A DNA stretch of 64,000 nucleotides from the human T2T-CHM13v2.0 reference genome, Homo sapiens, in NCBI RefSeq assembly GCF_009914755.1, contig NC_060931.1. One strand, written 5' to 3'. The position numbers and the translations under genes were made by a program. Positions 42,127 through 58,315 of the stretch are shown here, piece after piece. The notes below the pieces were generated by a model. It was given only the letters and a program-made list of their open reading frames with translations, was not told the origin of the DNA and ran no database searches. Within the stretch, counting starts at the first letter, position 1. Each line of letters begins with the position of its first letter.

Positions 42127-42335
42127 AAACTTATAAGTACACAGATGCTTAATAATGGATGTTCACAGAAGTCATATTCATAATAGCTGAAACCTGGAAA
42201 TAACCCAAAAGTACCTCAATAGGTGACCTTGAAAAATTGTGGTATATTCATCAGTGGAATTGTATTCAAAATAAATAGGAGTAAACTACTGATATTTACA
42301 ACAGAGAGGAAGCATGAAGTATGATGTGTGAATGG
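42060..42335 (+). mobile_element. L1ME-like fragment
   Basis: gactcagcaattctac, tattcataatagctgaaacctggaaataaccc, aaattgtggtatattcat. Confidence 0.7.
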
Positions 42336-43139
42336 AATTCATTTTTCAGTGTGATCCTCCGATAATGTCTTCCTTATGTTGCCAGATATTCTCATGATAG
42401 GAAAACTGGTACACTTTAAAGGATACTGACATTATAGAGGTAGAATTGCATTTTTTCACGTTATTCTTCTCTAGTGTTTATATATAACTCCTACTTTCAG
42501 AGCAAGGCCAATATTAAATATAGTGTTGCTCTACGTTCATTACCATGACACAGTACCCTACATCTGTGTTTAACTACCTTTTCTCCTTTTGAGAGTAGCA
42601 ATTTGGGTAGTTGCACTGCCAGCCAAATGGCTATTACCTCCGCCTACTTTGAAAAAAAAAAAGCAAACAAACAGGAAAAACAGACTATAAGAAAAACAGA
42701 CTATAAATAGAAGTATGTATCAATGTTATAAAAAGTGCAATGGAGCTGGCATTCTCTAGGGTTGTGAACAAATGCTTGATTTATATAAAAATACGATCCT
42801 CTAGATAGTTTCCAACTTATTATGCAAAACTCCAATTAGTTGTTCTTTTCCTTCTTCGGTGTTGCTTCAGGTTTCTGCTTCCTATTCTATCTCGTTTATG
42901 CCTGCTGCTTCCTGAGGCTATTCCTTTTCCACCTTCCTGATCCATAATCATGATCTCAGGTATCATCATCGTCTGCTACACTCTTACCCCAAGTCAGCTA
43001 TGAAAGAGCTGGATTACCATTGTGTAGAAAAACATATTAACAAATACTTGTGAATGTTAAGCCATATCTAGTTTTCTCTACCTATGATAGGGGCTATTAA
43101 ATTTCCATAGAGCCCTGTTCTGATCCCTAGAACCAAGCC

Positions 43140-43588
43140 TAATTTTAGGCGGGAGAGAACCAGTAGGCTGGAACTTACAAACTCACTGTGTGCTAATCTG
43201 CTAGCAAGCAGTATGACTGTTGTTTTTAGTGTTGCTGCTGGAACCTTATTGATGCTACTAAATAAAATCTTAGCCTCCTGATGCAGCTAATCAGCAAAAA
43301 TTCTAAAGCCAACAGTCACTTGCAGTTGTTACTAGACCCACATTTGCCCACAGTAGTCCACAGCCATCTGTTATTGCTGTTGCTTGTGCTGCAAGGCTAT
43401 GAAAAGCAGAACAAAAATCTTGCTTCTGTCTGTCTTCCTACTTCCTGTCAGAGCGACCACTTGTAGAAACTAACCAAGAGTTTCCCAGCAAATGGGAAAT
43501 GTAGTGTGTACCTTTCTAGCCTCCTGAGTTACACAGGAAGCATAGGATAGAAATAAAGCTGAGAATCAAGAGGCAGCTAACCCATACA
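43140..43588 (-). mobile_element. LTR33-like ERVL LTR
   Basis: agaaactaaccaagag...tgggaaatgtagt...tttctagcctcc...aagctgagaatcaa...aacccataca. Confidence 0.55.
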
Positions 43589-44947
43589 GTACATAACTGT
43601 GTCAGTCCAACAATTTCCTATATTTAGGTTCATTTTGATAGGAGTGTTTTTTCGTTTTCATTTTTCCTTACACAACATAGATCCTGGATATTATTTAGAA
43701 GATAGGCTGTTTATTGAGATGCTGTTGAGTAGGCAAAATACTAAACTCCGTAGGTCTAATCAATATAATAATCTGATACTAAATGCAATAAATAATCCCA
43801 GATACCTAACCTTGAGTGGGAAGGCTGAAACTGGCTTTTGCAATATATATGTATATTAATTTGGTCGTCCAAGGGATTTTCAGTTAGTCTGTATTTTCAG
43901 TTCTCTTTGTAAACTGGAATTATCTAGAATAATAATTTGAAACAAAACATTGAAAGCACCCATCAAATCTGCTGATGTCTAGGCTAATGTGTGAAGAATA
44001 ATGTGTGTGTGTTTGTGTGTATATTAAAGAGAGAGAGAGAGACCAACAAGAAAAGCAAAGGACCTATAATTGATAATATATTCAAACTCTAATCGAGATA
44101 ATAAATAAAAGAAGTTTATATTACAGCTAAGATACAGTTTAGCTAGAATATCAGGTCATTGTTTCTTTCATGTTAATTTTGGGAAGCTGTCAGTGAGAAG
44201 TAGTGATCAAACCCTGCTCAATAATCAGGTAATCCCAGTGCAACAGTAGCAGAGAATGTGGTCAAGCAGTTTCATCTTGTTTCTATAACCAAATCTCTGC
44301 TTTACTGGGATTGAGATTGTTAGAATCTGCTAGCAGGCTATTTTCAGTCTTTTCCAAATTATTCTTTCTTCTGAGGGAAAAAAAGCCTATTTTATAAAAT
44401 CCTTAATGTCATAACCATTGTGGTCATATAAGCGTTGCTTCAACTATTTTATCAGTTTCCTCCAAAATGATACCTAAGATTTTAATGCATCCTTTATTAT
44501 TCATAAAGACTTGAACCTGTTAGGTTATTTGCTTGTCAGTTTAGTAAACATAAATATAATGTGGAAATTAGACATCAAAATTTGCACTGGCCTTAGCAGT
44601 CATGAAATCTTTCCCAGTTAAACCTGAACAGGGCTTGATTAAACGAAAGTGAGGTTCGTTAGAACCAAGAAGGACAATTATCATTAGCTTCCAAGAAACT
44701 AACTTGGTTATTGTCTTCATTTCCAGGGAGTTTCCTGGTCTGGTTTTTGGACAGGATTTGATCTTCCGCTTATAGATAAAAGTTTGTTAGTCACTGAAAA
44801 GGAAGAACTGACGAGCGTGGAAAGATGGACAGGCTTATGAGATGTGAAAAGGGCAGGAGTTTGTGCAGAGGCAAACTGCTTCCAGTCCAAGAAAACAACA
44901 AAAGTCATATTTTGTCTCACTTCCTTTTTCTTCATCCCCTTGCTTCT

Positions 44948-45147
44948 TGTAGTATGACATTATTGGTTAAAAACACAGAAATCCAACGACCTAAATTTAC
45001 ATATTCTATAATGGTTTGTAAACTTAGAAAGTGAATTCTTCTCTCCGTGCATGAGAACTTTATAAAATGCAGACATCATAGCACCTACCTCATAGATTTT
45101 TTTATGAAAGTTAAGGCAAAATGTAAGCATTCTATAAATATCAACTC
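44948..45147 (+). mobile_element. MIR SINE
   Basis: ggttaaaaacacag...tataaaatgcagacatcatagcacctacctcatag. Confidence 0.6.
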
Positions 45148-45229
45148 ATTTCCTTTTTTGTCCTTTCTCTTTCACTTTGCTCAGCTGTTACTGTTTCCCT
45201 ATCAATTTGTGCTCCCTGGTTTTACTCAT

Positions 45230-45425
45230 TGCAGTTTTCTTCTTTTTCTTTCTCTGTTGTTCCTCCTCCTTCTTTCTGCTTCTCCTCATGTGGGTCTTCT
45301 AGTCAACAGTTTCCACTTTTCTATTTCCCTCTCCTTCTGCTTCTCTTCATGTCTTTGTCTCTGACCTTCTTGCTTCTCTTTAATTCTCATCTTTCTTTCT
45401 CCCCCCATGTGCTCTCTGTTCTCCA
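45230..45425. repeat. Pyrimidine-rich (CT/T) low-complexity tract
   Basis: Strong C/T bias on the + strand. Confidence 0.7.
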
Positions 45426-45550
45426 CTCGCACAATAACTTGTCTCATTCGCCATGGCGGTACTTACTTTATCTTTAAAAGAACTTGGCAGTGTTATTTGT
45501 CTATCTTGTTTATTATCTCATTAATTTGCCTTCGTAAAACAAATGATGTG

Positions 45551-45943
<393 letters not shown>

Positions 45944-48464
45944 CTAATCATTTAAGGATATGTTTCTTCTGAGCCTAGAACAGCCTCACAGGGCATTGAT
46001 CACTTACGTCAGTGCCTGGGATCACCATTACCTACTTACCAAGAAAAAATTGGCTCCATCAAACCGTAGTTTCTGCTTTTTCCCAGAATGACTTTCCTGT
46101 TTATCTACATAATGAGAAGATTGAGGCCACAAACCTTAAACTACACCTCATTTAGTTCTGTTTATTTCTACTTTCATATCTTTCTTCCATTATCTTTTTC
46201 TTTCCTTTCATTTTAGAGAAAGTTTTCTTCACCCTTATTTCCAAGCTTTGTCTTGCCATATTTTTATATTCTTCTCATCCATTACTTTCTTGTCAGTCTT
46301 TCCTTTTCTTTTCATAATCCTCAAAAATCTCCCGTCTAGGATTCTTCCTTCAATTTTGAAATATACCAGCCTCTTAAAAGGTCACTTGGTTTTATTGTCT
46401 TTATCAATCATCAAGTTATCCTTTCATGAATAGTTATTCATACATGAATGGCCTCTACATGCTACTTCCACCTCCTCTCAGCATATTCTAACACTGCAAT
46501 TTTATTTCTTCCATTTGTCCAGTGAATCACCAAGTCCAGTGATATTTTCTTAGGCCAGATCCTCCTGGACTTTCTACAATTTGATAATTTTTTTCTAGAT
46601 TTCACTTCTTAAGAGAATATATTCAAGAAGTAAGAGGCACACAAAATGGAAGCTAAAATTGTTCTGCATTATGTAATTGTTTTTAGTTTGTAATATGGAA
46701 ATAGGTAAAAGTCCTCTTCCCTTCATCTTTCAGACTAACCTCCTAGAAATAATCTTCTAGCATATTAATGTTAATTCCAATAACTATAGCAATTTAGTTT
46801 CTTTAGTTTCTAGTAATTCAGTTTTTTTAAAAAGCTGGAATAAACATCTTTTAAAATCTTTATTTGAGTCTTTATATTTATCATGTGTACAAATATATAT
46901 GCTATTTTAAGTGTAATATATAATTTATAATATATAATATACATATTATATTACATATAATATGTAATTTATTTTTTAACTCTCCCCTTTTGCTGATTAT
47001 ATTTTCAAGCTTATCTTTTATTTCTTCAGATATATAAATCATACCTATAATCTATGTCTAACAATTTATGTCTAAATTGTGAGAGTCTGTATCATTGGCT
47101 TTTTGTTTTAGTTGTTTTTTTCTTATGGTGCTTAGTTTCCTGCTGTGTTTGTAAATTTTCAAGACTCTGAGTTCTCATTTTCCTTGAGAACTTATGTGTG
47201 AAGATTCTTTAAGACTTGATTTATAGATAGTTTCTCCAGAAAAGAAATTGTGTCAGAGACTGGGGAAAACTATCAAATAAAGGCCACGTTATTTCAATAT
47301 TTTTGACATTGAAAAATGTTTATGGAAATATAAGTTACCTGTAGAAAAGTGTGTTAAGTCAAAAATTGACCTTATGAATTATTAAAAGCTAAAGACACTA
47401 ATCATTCAAGTAAAATAATGGGACTTTGTCAGGAACCTCCCGGTGCCCATTTCTTCACTTCTTCCCAAAAGTAACTATCACCTTAATATCCAGTCTGCCT
47501 GTGTGTGAACTTTTCTCTACAACTTTTTAGTTTTTTTTAATGTTTCAACCTAGAGAAAAGTTGAAATAATAGTAACTTGAATACCCAGTGTTTGTTTCTT
47601 AGATCACTGATGTGTCAGCATTTTGCAGGTCCAGGGCTTTACCTTCTGTAAGTTACCAAAATCCACTTGGCAGGGTCTAGCAGAAACTTTAAGGGTGAAA
47701 GAGTATTTGACACTAGGTTACATCTCAGCGTTCTGGGTTGTACTTCATTTTGAAGCTCTGTGTTTTTCATACTTTGATGTCAGTTCAGTGTTGCATTTAG
47801 AATGACTTTTTAAATATATATTTTATACTGCATTATTGTTTCATTGGAGGGTTGTGCAGAATATCTAATCTACCATATTGTTGAAGCAGAAGTTTGCTAG
47901 ATTTTAGATGTAATTATATAGACATTGGTTTAGAGAATTAGGAGAAAAACATATGAGTGGAAATCATAATGGATGTCAATACTTCTGAAATTTAAAAGGA
48001 CGAGCCACTGAGTTCTTATTTATTATAAAGAGTGCCGACAGACTAGGCTGGGGAGAATAAATAACCTTATATGTATGGTGAGCCTATCTAATGTGTTGTC
48101 TAAGTGAGACCATTTTGAAAGTGAAGCGACACTGGTGATAATTACTCTGATGGGAAAAAAAAGGCGTAACTTGTTCTTGTCTGGGGCAAACTGAGATATG
48201 CAGTTGCCCTAAGTATAGGTTACTATACTTTTTAAGAAATGACTTTGAAAGTAAAAATAAAACCAGATATGTGTGTGTGAGCCTCTTCTTAATGTCAAAG
48301 TCTTTATTGAAGGCATATGCTAAGTGTGCAGATGCCAGCATTCGCAGAGCTTCATGATAACACTCGTGTAAGTACAGTGGGATTAAAAGTCTTGTTTTCG
48401 CCTGAAGACAATTTAGAAAAAAAAAATCTGTATGTCTTATGAAAAAAGATTAAAAGATAGAAGT

Positions 48465-48600
48465 AGTTTCTCCATTAAAGGCATTCAAATATAGACTTGA
48501 ACAACTACTCTAAGGATTGTTTTGGTGGAAATTGAAATATTAGTCATGTTCTTGAATTACCTGAAAGGTCACTTTCAACTTGGAGGTTTTGTAATTCTGT
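48465..48600 (+). mobile_element. L3/CR1 LINE 3' end
   Basis: tccattaaaggcattcaaatatagacttgaacaactactct...acctgaaaggtcactttcaacttggaggttttgtaattct matches the CR1/L3 terminus pattern. Confidence 0.55.
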
Positions 48601-49920
48601 TTACTCTCTATGCATTCTTATGTTTAGGCAAAAGAGCCATATCCATTTTCAGAAATGTCGAAGATTATGAAAGAGAAATACATGGAAAATTATCAAGAAA
48701 CACTTATTAACGATGTAGAAGCTTGTCATTCTTTCATTGTTTCAGAATGTCAGAAAATCATATTTATTCTGGCTTATACTGTTAATTGATATGAAAGGTA
48801 ATTAACAATTTCTCTGTGGTTTACTTAGAGTAGTAGGAAAAATATCAAATATTGGTCTTTGCCACCTTCCCTATGTGTCCTTGTTCTTGGTATGGAATCC
48901 TTTAATTATTTAGTAGAGAGATTGTCACAATTATAAGCACAGAAGTATCTTTGATTTTACATTGCAGCTGTTCCAGCTACGTTATGAGGGGCTCAGCTCA
49001 AGGGGCTCCAGGTCCCATTATCTGGGCAATGGAAAAGTCCATTCTTATTCAGCCACGGTGTACTTAGGATCCTTAAGAGAAGCTGTGATGTGTTTAAGGT
49101 CAAAAAGCCTTGTTTCATCATCCTAACCAGCAGTTTTACCATAATACAACCTTGAGAGGCTTATTTTGAAGGTCTTTCAGCACTTTATGAAAACCTCTTA
49201 AAAAATCTCTTTGTTATATTTTAAGTGTTATTATCTTTTTATTTTTTGGCCACTCATGTTACCAAAGTTTAGAATGTAACTTTTTAAAGCTCCATTACTT
49301 TGGCTAAAAGAAGAGAGAAGTTTAATTAAGAAACTTAATCATCTTCAATTATGGCATAATATATAATTTCTTGATTTATTTTTAAAAGAAACAGCAATTT
49401 TTTTCTCTCTTCCTGTATAGCATATCCTTAAAGAAAAATTTCTGTTGGCAAGATTGCCAATGTTTTGGAAAAATAAAATAAGGAAGGATGGAAGTACCTG
49501 ACGGCATATCGTTTTTATAAAGTTTTGGATTATGGAATTTTCCTGGTAAGAATCTCTTCTCCCTCACACCTGCCCACACACGTAATTGGATGACACTTAA
49601 ATGCATCAGCTTCTAGAGATTGCTAATAGCAAAAGTTAAATAGCAAAAAATTAAACATATCTCTGTCCCTTCCTGCTTATGAAGAATCAACCACCCTGTC
49701 TTCTACTTTCAATACTTTATTATTTTCTATTATAAAATGAATAAGCACAATGCAGATAATTCAATGAATAAATATATATTCATTGAGAAAAAACACTGAA
49801 TAGTTTTTGTTTTCTAAATCACTTCTTGAATCTACCAATTTTCTGAATGCTCTGTCAGTGGTTATTATTTGACCTTTTTCTTCCAAGCATCTAATAAACT
49901 ATTCTTTGTATGTTGTGCCT

Positions 49921-50520
49921 TGTATTAGTGAGAATCTATTGCTTATATAGAACAGAAACACTCTCAGCAATCTCCAGAGTTAATGATTTATTATAAGGGT
50001 GCAAATGCTAAAGCGGTAATAAAGATGAGTCAGGCCTTGAGATCCAAAGAATAAGGCATTGTGAGAGAGCAGGAACCAAGGTATCAAAATGGGAAATTGA
50101 AGTTAGGTAGAGATGTTGGCATCAAGAGGTTGTAAATCTTTACTCTTAACACTCTGTTGTTAATGAGCTCCAGCTACCCTTCTCATCTCTGTTGCCCCAG
50201 ACACCGTAGAGCGCGTAGCTCATTTTTCCTAAGAAGTGGATGCCTTATCTTCTGTCCCAAATAGCTTGCCTTGTAAGTTATAACTTATGCGTATTCATGA
50301 CTTCAGTTGCTTCAGGACTCATCAAAGCTCTCGTCCGAAGGCCTTGCTCTGTGTATCTGAATAACTTCAGCTCCCACTGCTTATATCCTTCCACTTCAAA
50401 GTCAGTGCTGAAAGAGAGAATGCAATTGATCTGTCCTCTTATCACTGCACTTTACTGTAAGGTGGGCTAAACCACCTCAGAGGCTTCATACAGTCAACTC
50501 TCATTGTGGAGGATGGGAAA
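49921..50520 (-). mobile_element. Ancient MLT1-type LTR
   Basis: tgtattagtgagaatct...aacagaaacactc...atttatt resembles an antisense MLT1 end; the rest is very diverged. Confidence 0.4.
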
Positions 50521-50669
50521 ACAATTGTAAATTACACGATAGAGTTGCTTTAAACTTCTTTCTTTACAAAGTTCTGATGTGCAGCTGTTTCTCTTGGAAA
50601 AAGCTTGTTTCTGCAGTAACGTGATGATGATTCCAGCCTCTTCTCAACTTAGTTCATTTGGGCAACCCC

Positions 50670-52368
<1,699 letters not shown>

Positions 52369-53047
52369 CATTTGCTGCATATTGAAAACACAATGAGCAT
52401 TTGAGTATCAACTAATAGTTGATACATAACTATATTTGATTATCAACTATTTGAGTATAAACTGTGCTTTAGGTGCTAAACATATGTTATCATTAATTAT
52501 TAATTATTCATCTATTCAATACATATTTATTAATTACCTAAATAAATGTCTACCAAGAGGAAAAACTATCATCTGTACTCATAGGTGACTTGTTCTCTAA
52601 TGAATACACTAGTAGGCCAACAATCAAACATAATGATGCAATTGACATGATGGAATAAGTTAAAAACTGGCATAAACATAAATACATGATAGCATAGACT
52701 CATACATTTGTCTGCCTGTGGTCGGTAGCAGAGATACCAAATAGACATTTTTACTTCACATTGACAGCCATAGAAATTAGTAGGCAACCCATCTTGGAAA
52801 GGACATTCCTTTTAGGTAGAGAAGGCAACTGAAAGTGCTTTGGATGTATGACTGTAAAGTGCAGTTAGTGAATTATCAGTACATTTTGGAATATTAAAAG
52901 AGGAAACAGTGTAAGTAGATAATTCTGGAAGAGTAGGCAGAAACCAGCTTATAAAATGTTTGAGAATCTAATCTAAGGAGTTAAAATATTCCCAGGTAGG
53001 CATTTCTATAATTCAGTATTTCCCAAGCCTTTTTAAAAAACAATCCT

Positions 53048-53360
<313 letters not shown>

Positions 53361-54614
53361 TCCTAACCATTGTTTTTTTTGAATCTGGAAAATTATCCTG
53401 AAATTATTTTTGTCATATAGCTTAAGAAAAAAAAAAGTGAGCAACAATTAGTTTATTTTGAAAAATTCCATGAAAGCTTTTGATATTTTGATGACAATAT
53501 TGGTGAAATTAGCTCTTTAAATTTGTAAGAAACAGCTTTGAACCACAAACTACACAAGTTTCTACATGGTTAACATCCTAATTCTTTAATGTTTGGTAAT
53601 ATCTGTGCTGAGGAAATGCTGAGGCAGTGCTGGGGATTCCTTAAACACTATAGAGTATGATTAGTAATCTAATTTTTTGGGACAGCCAATTAATGCATTT
53701 TGGAATAATAAGTATCGTTTTGTTTATATTATTTATTAAAACAATCAGATATTTACTGAGTTTATGTTATTTACATAAACAGATGTTTCAGTAAATAATA
53801 TATTTCTGAGGAAAAAATGAGGCACTTTGGCAGATGTCTTGACATTATGTTTAGTAACTTATTTAAAACTAGAAAACCATAGAATGTGAAGAGAAAATGA
53901 AATATTTATTAGAGCAGTGAAAGTTTTTTCCCATTTCCCATTTTTAAGGGAGCATCCCCTTTTGGGAAATTAAAGCAAAAGTGAAATTTTGTAAAAAGCA
54001 ATTTTTTTTACACTTTTAGCAACATTTTAGAAAATGCTACAATAAATACATAATAAATATCTATGTAATAAATATACCATATATATCAAGTAGAATTCAA
54101 GATTAGGAATACCTACATTGATTCTCACTTATCGTTATCAGTGGCTTACATGTTTCAGCTGTTAGGATCATGGCAGGAATTTCCTCTTGAGGAAAATAAT
54201 TTTTAAAAAATTGTGAAGGAAAAGGAAAAAAATATAATAGAGGATCAAGAGACAAATTTTAAAATTTGACTTAGGAATAGTTCTTGTTCTTGTTTGATCA
54301 TCCTGAGAAGGACTTACTCTTATCAGTCTCCACAGGGCCACAAAAGTAAATGTTTCCTGTGCATTAAAAAACAAACTACCAAATTTGTTTATTCTTTGCT
54401 GAGCTCCAAAGTGACTGAGATAGGAGATGGCCCTGAGCTGGCCTGAAGAGCTCAAGAGGGCGGCACTGTGAGTGGCTAAGCAGACAGGAGACAACAGATG
54501 CCTGAAGCGGTGGGCTGAAGCCACAGAACTGCAGTGAGGGCAAAGACGGTGCTGCCTTTCCTGCTGTTTCTTAATGGAGAAAAGGGGGCAGATCACTTTA
54601 TTTAATACAAAAGC

Positions 54615-54901
<287 letters not shown>

Positions 54902-55084
54902 TCATCTATAAACCCAGAAATGGGAAAGACCTTTTTTCTCACACTATCTTACTTTCGAAACCCAGTTAAAAAACAAAACATAAATGTAACGAACTCTCAT
55001 CCTCATACTCCTGAACTTACCTGCAGCTGAGTTTTTACTCTATCATGCCGGGAGCAAAGATATTGGGTGGTAACGTAGGCTACA

Positions 55085-55300
55085 GAGAAGCTACATTTTG
55101 GAGGTCAGTGGACACTAAAGATTACATACCATCTGTCTATATATTTAGTGTATAAGTGCTGCTTAAAATTTCAGAGATTTAGTTTCTTCATATGAAAAAT
55201 CTATATTTTCACGTATATTTGGGGTTTCGAAATAGTGACTATAACTGTCTAGGAGAGTACATAGCACATAAAAACTCTCAGTAAGTGATAGCTGTCTTTA
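55085..55300 (+). mobile_element. MIR SINE
   Basis: ttttggaggtcag...tttagtttcttcatatgaaaaat...ctcagtaagtgatagct. Confidence 0.5.
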
Positions 55301-55519
55301 TTTCAGAGTCTATAAACTAACATTTCAGCTCATAGCCCAAATTACTCCAGCCCTATTTCTAAAAGCCAGGAAAATCTCTTCTGAAGACTTCTATATCAAT
55401 ATGTCATGAATTTTCAAGGCTCAAATGTGATATTGAAGGTGAACATGTTTAATAAATGGGAGAATGTCGTATCAGCAAATCTCAGATCGACTTTCATGCC
55501 ATTCTGATGAAAGATGTTA

Positions 55520-55735
55520 ATAGATGTTTCTCAAAGAAGGTTTTGTGATTAGATAAACCAAGACACACAGAATTTAGGATGTTTTAGACATTTTCATATA
55601 CCACTGTAATTTCTAAATTTCCTAGTATAGGGTGGGTAGAACACATAACATTTCCCAAATTTTTTTGGTTGTGAAACTTTTGTTTTCATGAGGCTTCTCC
55701 ATGATTACTCTCCACAGAAAAAGATTTTGAAGTGA
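55520..55735. mobile_element. MER103-like hAT relic
   Basis: gtttctcaaag start; acatttcccaaatttttttggttgtgaaactttt. Confidence 0.4.
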
Positions 55736-56052
55736 AATAAGTTTACAGTTATTTTGTAAGTAAACTAAAAAACACAATTCTTTCCCAGTGAGTCTCAATC
55801 ATGTTTCTCCTGCTAGAAGCACTTTAATCCATTAGATAGTGGAAATCAGACTTTAACATATTACTGGAAATACTTTAAGCAACATAATGCTGCAAATAGA
55901 GATTCTATTATTCATTTAAACGTTAGTTTAAAAGTAATGTGGAAATGCTATATATAATTATTAAGGCAGAGTAAAATGAATGGTTTTAAATAGGCTTGCA
56001 AAGTTATGATGGAATTAGATTGCACTGCATTGTTTCCTAGGTAAGAATGTGC

Positions 56053-56147
56053 TGTGCTGCAAACCACCATGGCACATGTTTACCTATGTAACAAACCTGC
56101 ACATCCTGCCCATGTACCCCTGAACTTAAAATAAAAGTTGGGGAAAA
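56053..56147 (+). mobile_element. 95-bp extreme 3' tip of an older L1PA (about PA13-16)
   Basis: caaaccaccatggcacatgtttacctatgtaacaaacctgcacatcctg...gaacttaaaataaaagtt; TSD AAGAATGTGC (56043-56052 and 56148-56157). Confidence 0.9.
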
Positions 56148-57543
56148 AAGAATGTGCCTACTGATTACAGGGAAAGACAAAAAGCAAAAGGTGATTGAAA
56201 CATAGTTCTAAATAACAAGAAGGGAAGTTTTCTTAAACTGATCATCTGTCTTATTGTCATGACAAAGGGTAAAATTTTATTTTCAGTCCTTTAGTGCTTT
56301 TTAATAATTCACCATACATATTTTACTTATATCCCATTAACTGTGGGACTTAGCACAGTTTACATTTTCAGTCATGTGAATATAATTATCTGTATTCCCT
56401 GTTGGAGTGATGGGGGAAATTGGATCATTATATAATTTAAAAGACACCTCCCCAGGCACCCATTGTGTTCTTAGGAAGTCAGGAACAGAATTTAAGATTA
56501 TTAATTTCACACACCATGTTTTATCCATTAAATTAGTATATTGGATTTGACACTTTATAGATTGTATAGACACTTATATGTGACTCCAGAGAGCAACAGA
56601 AATGTTATTAAGAGTTCTTCAAATAATTTTGATAATCAAAATCACATATAATGGTAGTGCCAGGCTCTAGTGGACATTCTGATATGTTAGGCATGAAAAT
56701 CAGTGAAGGAAAACAGCCTCAAGACGTAAAGAAATAGGGACATTGGTCATTTCAGGATTAGAGCCTACTGAATTTATACCGATCAGCAGAATAGCCCAGA
56801 CAGATCTATTTTTTCACACAGTCTCTCTCAATAAATAGCCTTTCCTATCCTGAGATTGATATTTTGTTTTAATAATCCATTCTATCAGAATGGTTATGTT
56901 ACTCTTTATAATAATCACTATATTGGCATGAAACCATAGCTTGGCAAAGGAGAAATTATGAAAATGGTAGTTAAGGGTATACATACTTGCATTAAATCCT
57001 AATTTTGTCAACATCACATACAGCCCTGAATCAAAACCAAGCCTCTAAAAATCTTCCCCAGTTGGTTTCCTTTGATGTCTGACTTATCATATAGTCATAC
57101 AGCTGTAATGCTCTTCTCTTGGTAGCAAGGGTAGTTCATTACATATGTTTAGAAAGTTATTATTGTTGTTTTGAAGATGTAGAACATAAAGTTGGGACTG
57201 GGACAAAATCAAAGGAGAACAGATGTTTCAGAAGACATTGTTTATTTTTCTTAAGATTTTAACCTTACTAAGTGAGCTAACAGAACAAAGCCAGGATAGA
57301 AACAGGCTGTCTATGGGATTTAGTTGCAATGGAGCTCTGTTTTAGTTTCTGGCAACTGCCATAACAGGAGAACACAGTAACAGGCTAGGCCAGATGCCCT
57401 TCAGCATCCGAATCAATTCATCAAATTACAGCAGAGAAGCAAGAGTCAAAGCTGCCAGTTCAGGGAATAAATCTATGAATACCCTAAGACCAATGGCCAT
57501 TTAATAAATGTAGAGACACAGAAGCTGCTCTCTCTTTCTCTGC

Positions 57544-58022
57544 ATATATATGTGTACATATGTATATATGTATATACATATATACGTATATATGTATATA
57601 CATATATACGTATATATGTATATACATATATAGGTATATATGTATATACATATATAGGTATATATGTATATATGTATATACATATATAGGTATGTATATA
57701 CATATATAGGTATATATGTATATATGTATATGTGTACATATTTATATGTATGTATATGTGTATATATGTATGGGTATATATACATATATGTATATGTGTA
57801 TATATACATATATGTATATGTGTATATATACATATATGTATATGTGTGTATATATACATATATGTATATGTGTATATATACATATATGTATATGTGTGTA
57901 TATATACATATATGTATATGTGTGTATATATACATGTATGTATATGCGTGTACATATACATATATACCTATATAAGTATATATGTGTATATACCTGTATA
58001 TGTATACATATATATGTATGTA
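57544..58022. repeat. Compound TA/TG/CA minisatellite with ~22-bp and ~24-26-bp higher-order units
   Basis: Units tatatgtatatacatatata(c/g)g, then tatatatacatatatgtatatgtg. Confidence 0.97.
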
Positions 58023-58315
58023 TTTCGTTTTTTGAGACAGAGTCTCACTTTGTCGCCAGGCTGGAATGCAGTGGTGTGATCTTGGTTCATTGCAACCTCT
58101 GCTTCATGGGTTCAAGCGATTCTCCTGCCTCAGCCTCCCGAGTAAGCTGGGACTACAGGCGCGTGCCACCATGCCTGGCTAATTTTTGTATTTTTAGTAG
58201 AGACAGGGTTTCGCCATGTTGGCCAGGCTGGTCTCGAACTCCTGACCTCAGGTGATCCACCCTCATCGGCCTTCCAAAGTGCTGGGATTACAGACTTGAG
58301 CCACTGTGCAAGGCC
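58023..58315 (-). mobile_element. AluS (Sx-like)
   Basis: Full dimer; TSD AGAAGCTG(C/T)T at 57520-57529 and 58316-58325. Confidence 0.95.

Noticed and set aside
48331-48372. 36-nt in-frame microexon-like segment (MPAFAELHDNTR) before GTAAGT
   Set aside because: No polypyrimidine tract, poor exonic donor context, and an unrecognised peptide.
57473-58255. Five long ORFs (103-179 aa) rich in Y/I/C/H/T/V/M
   Set aside because: Artefacts of the stop-poor TA/TG repeat and the adjacent Alu.
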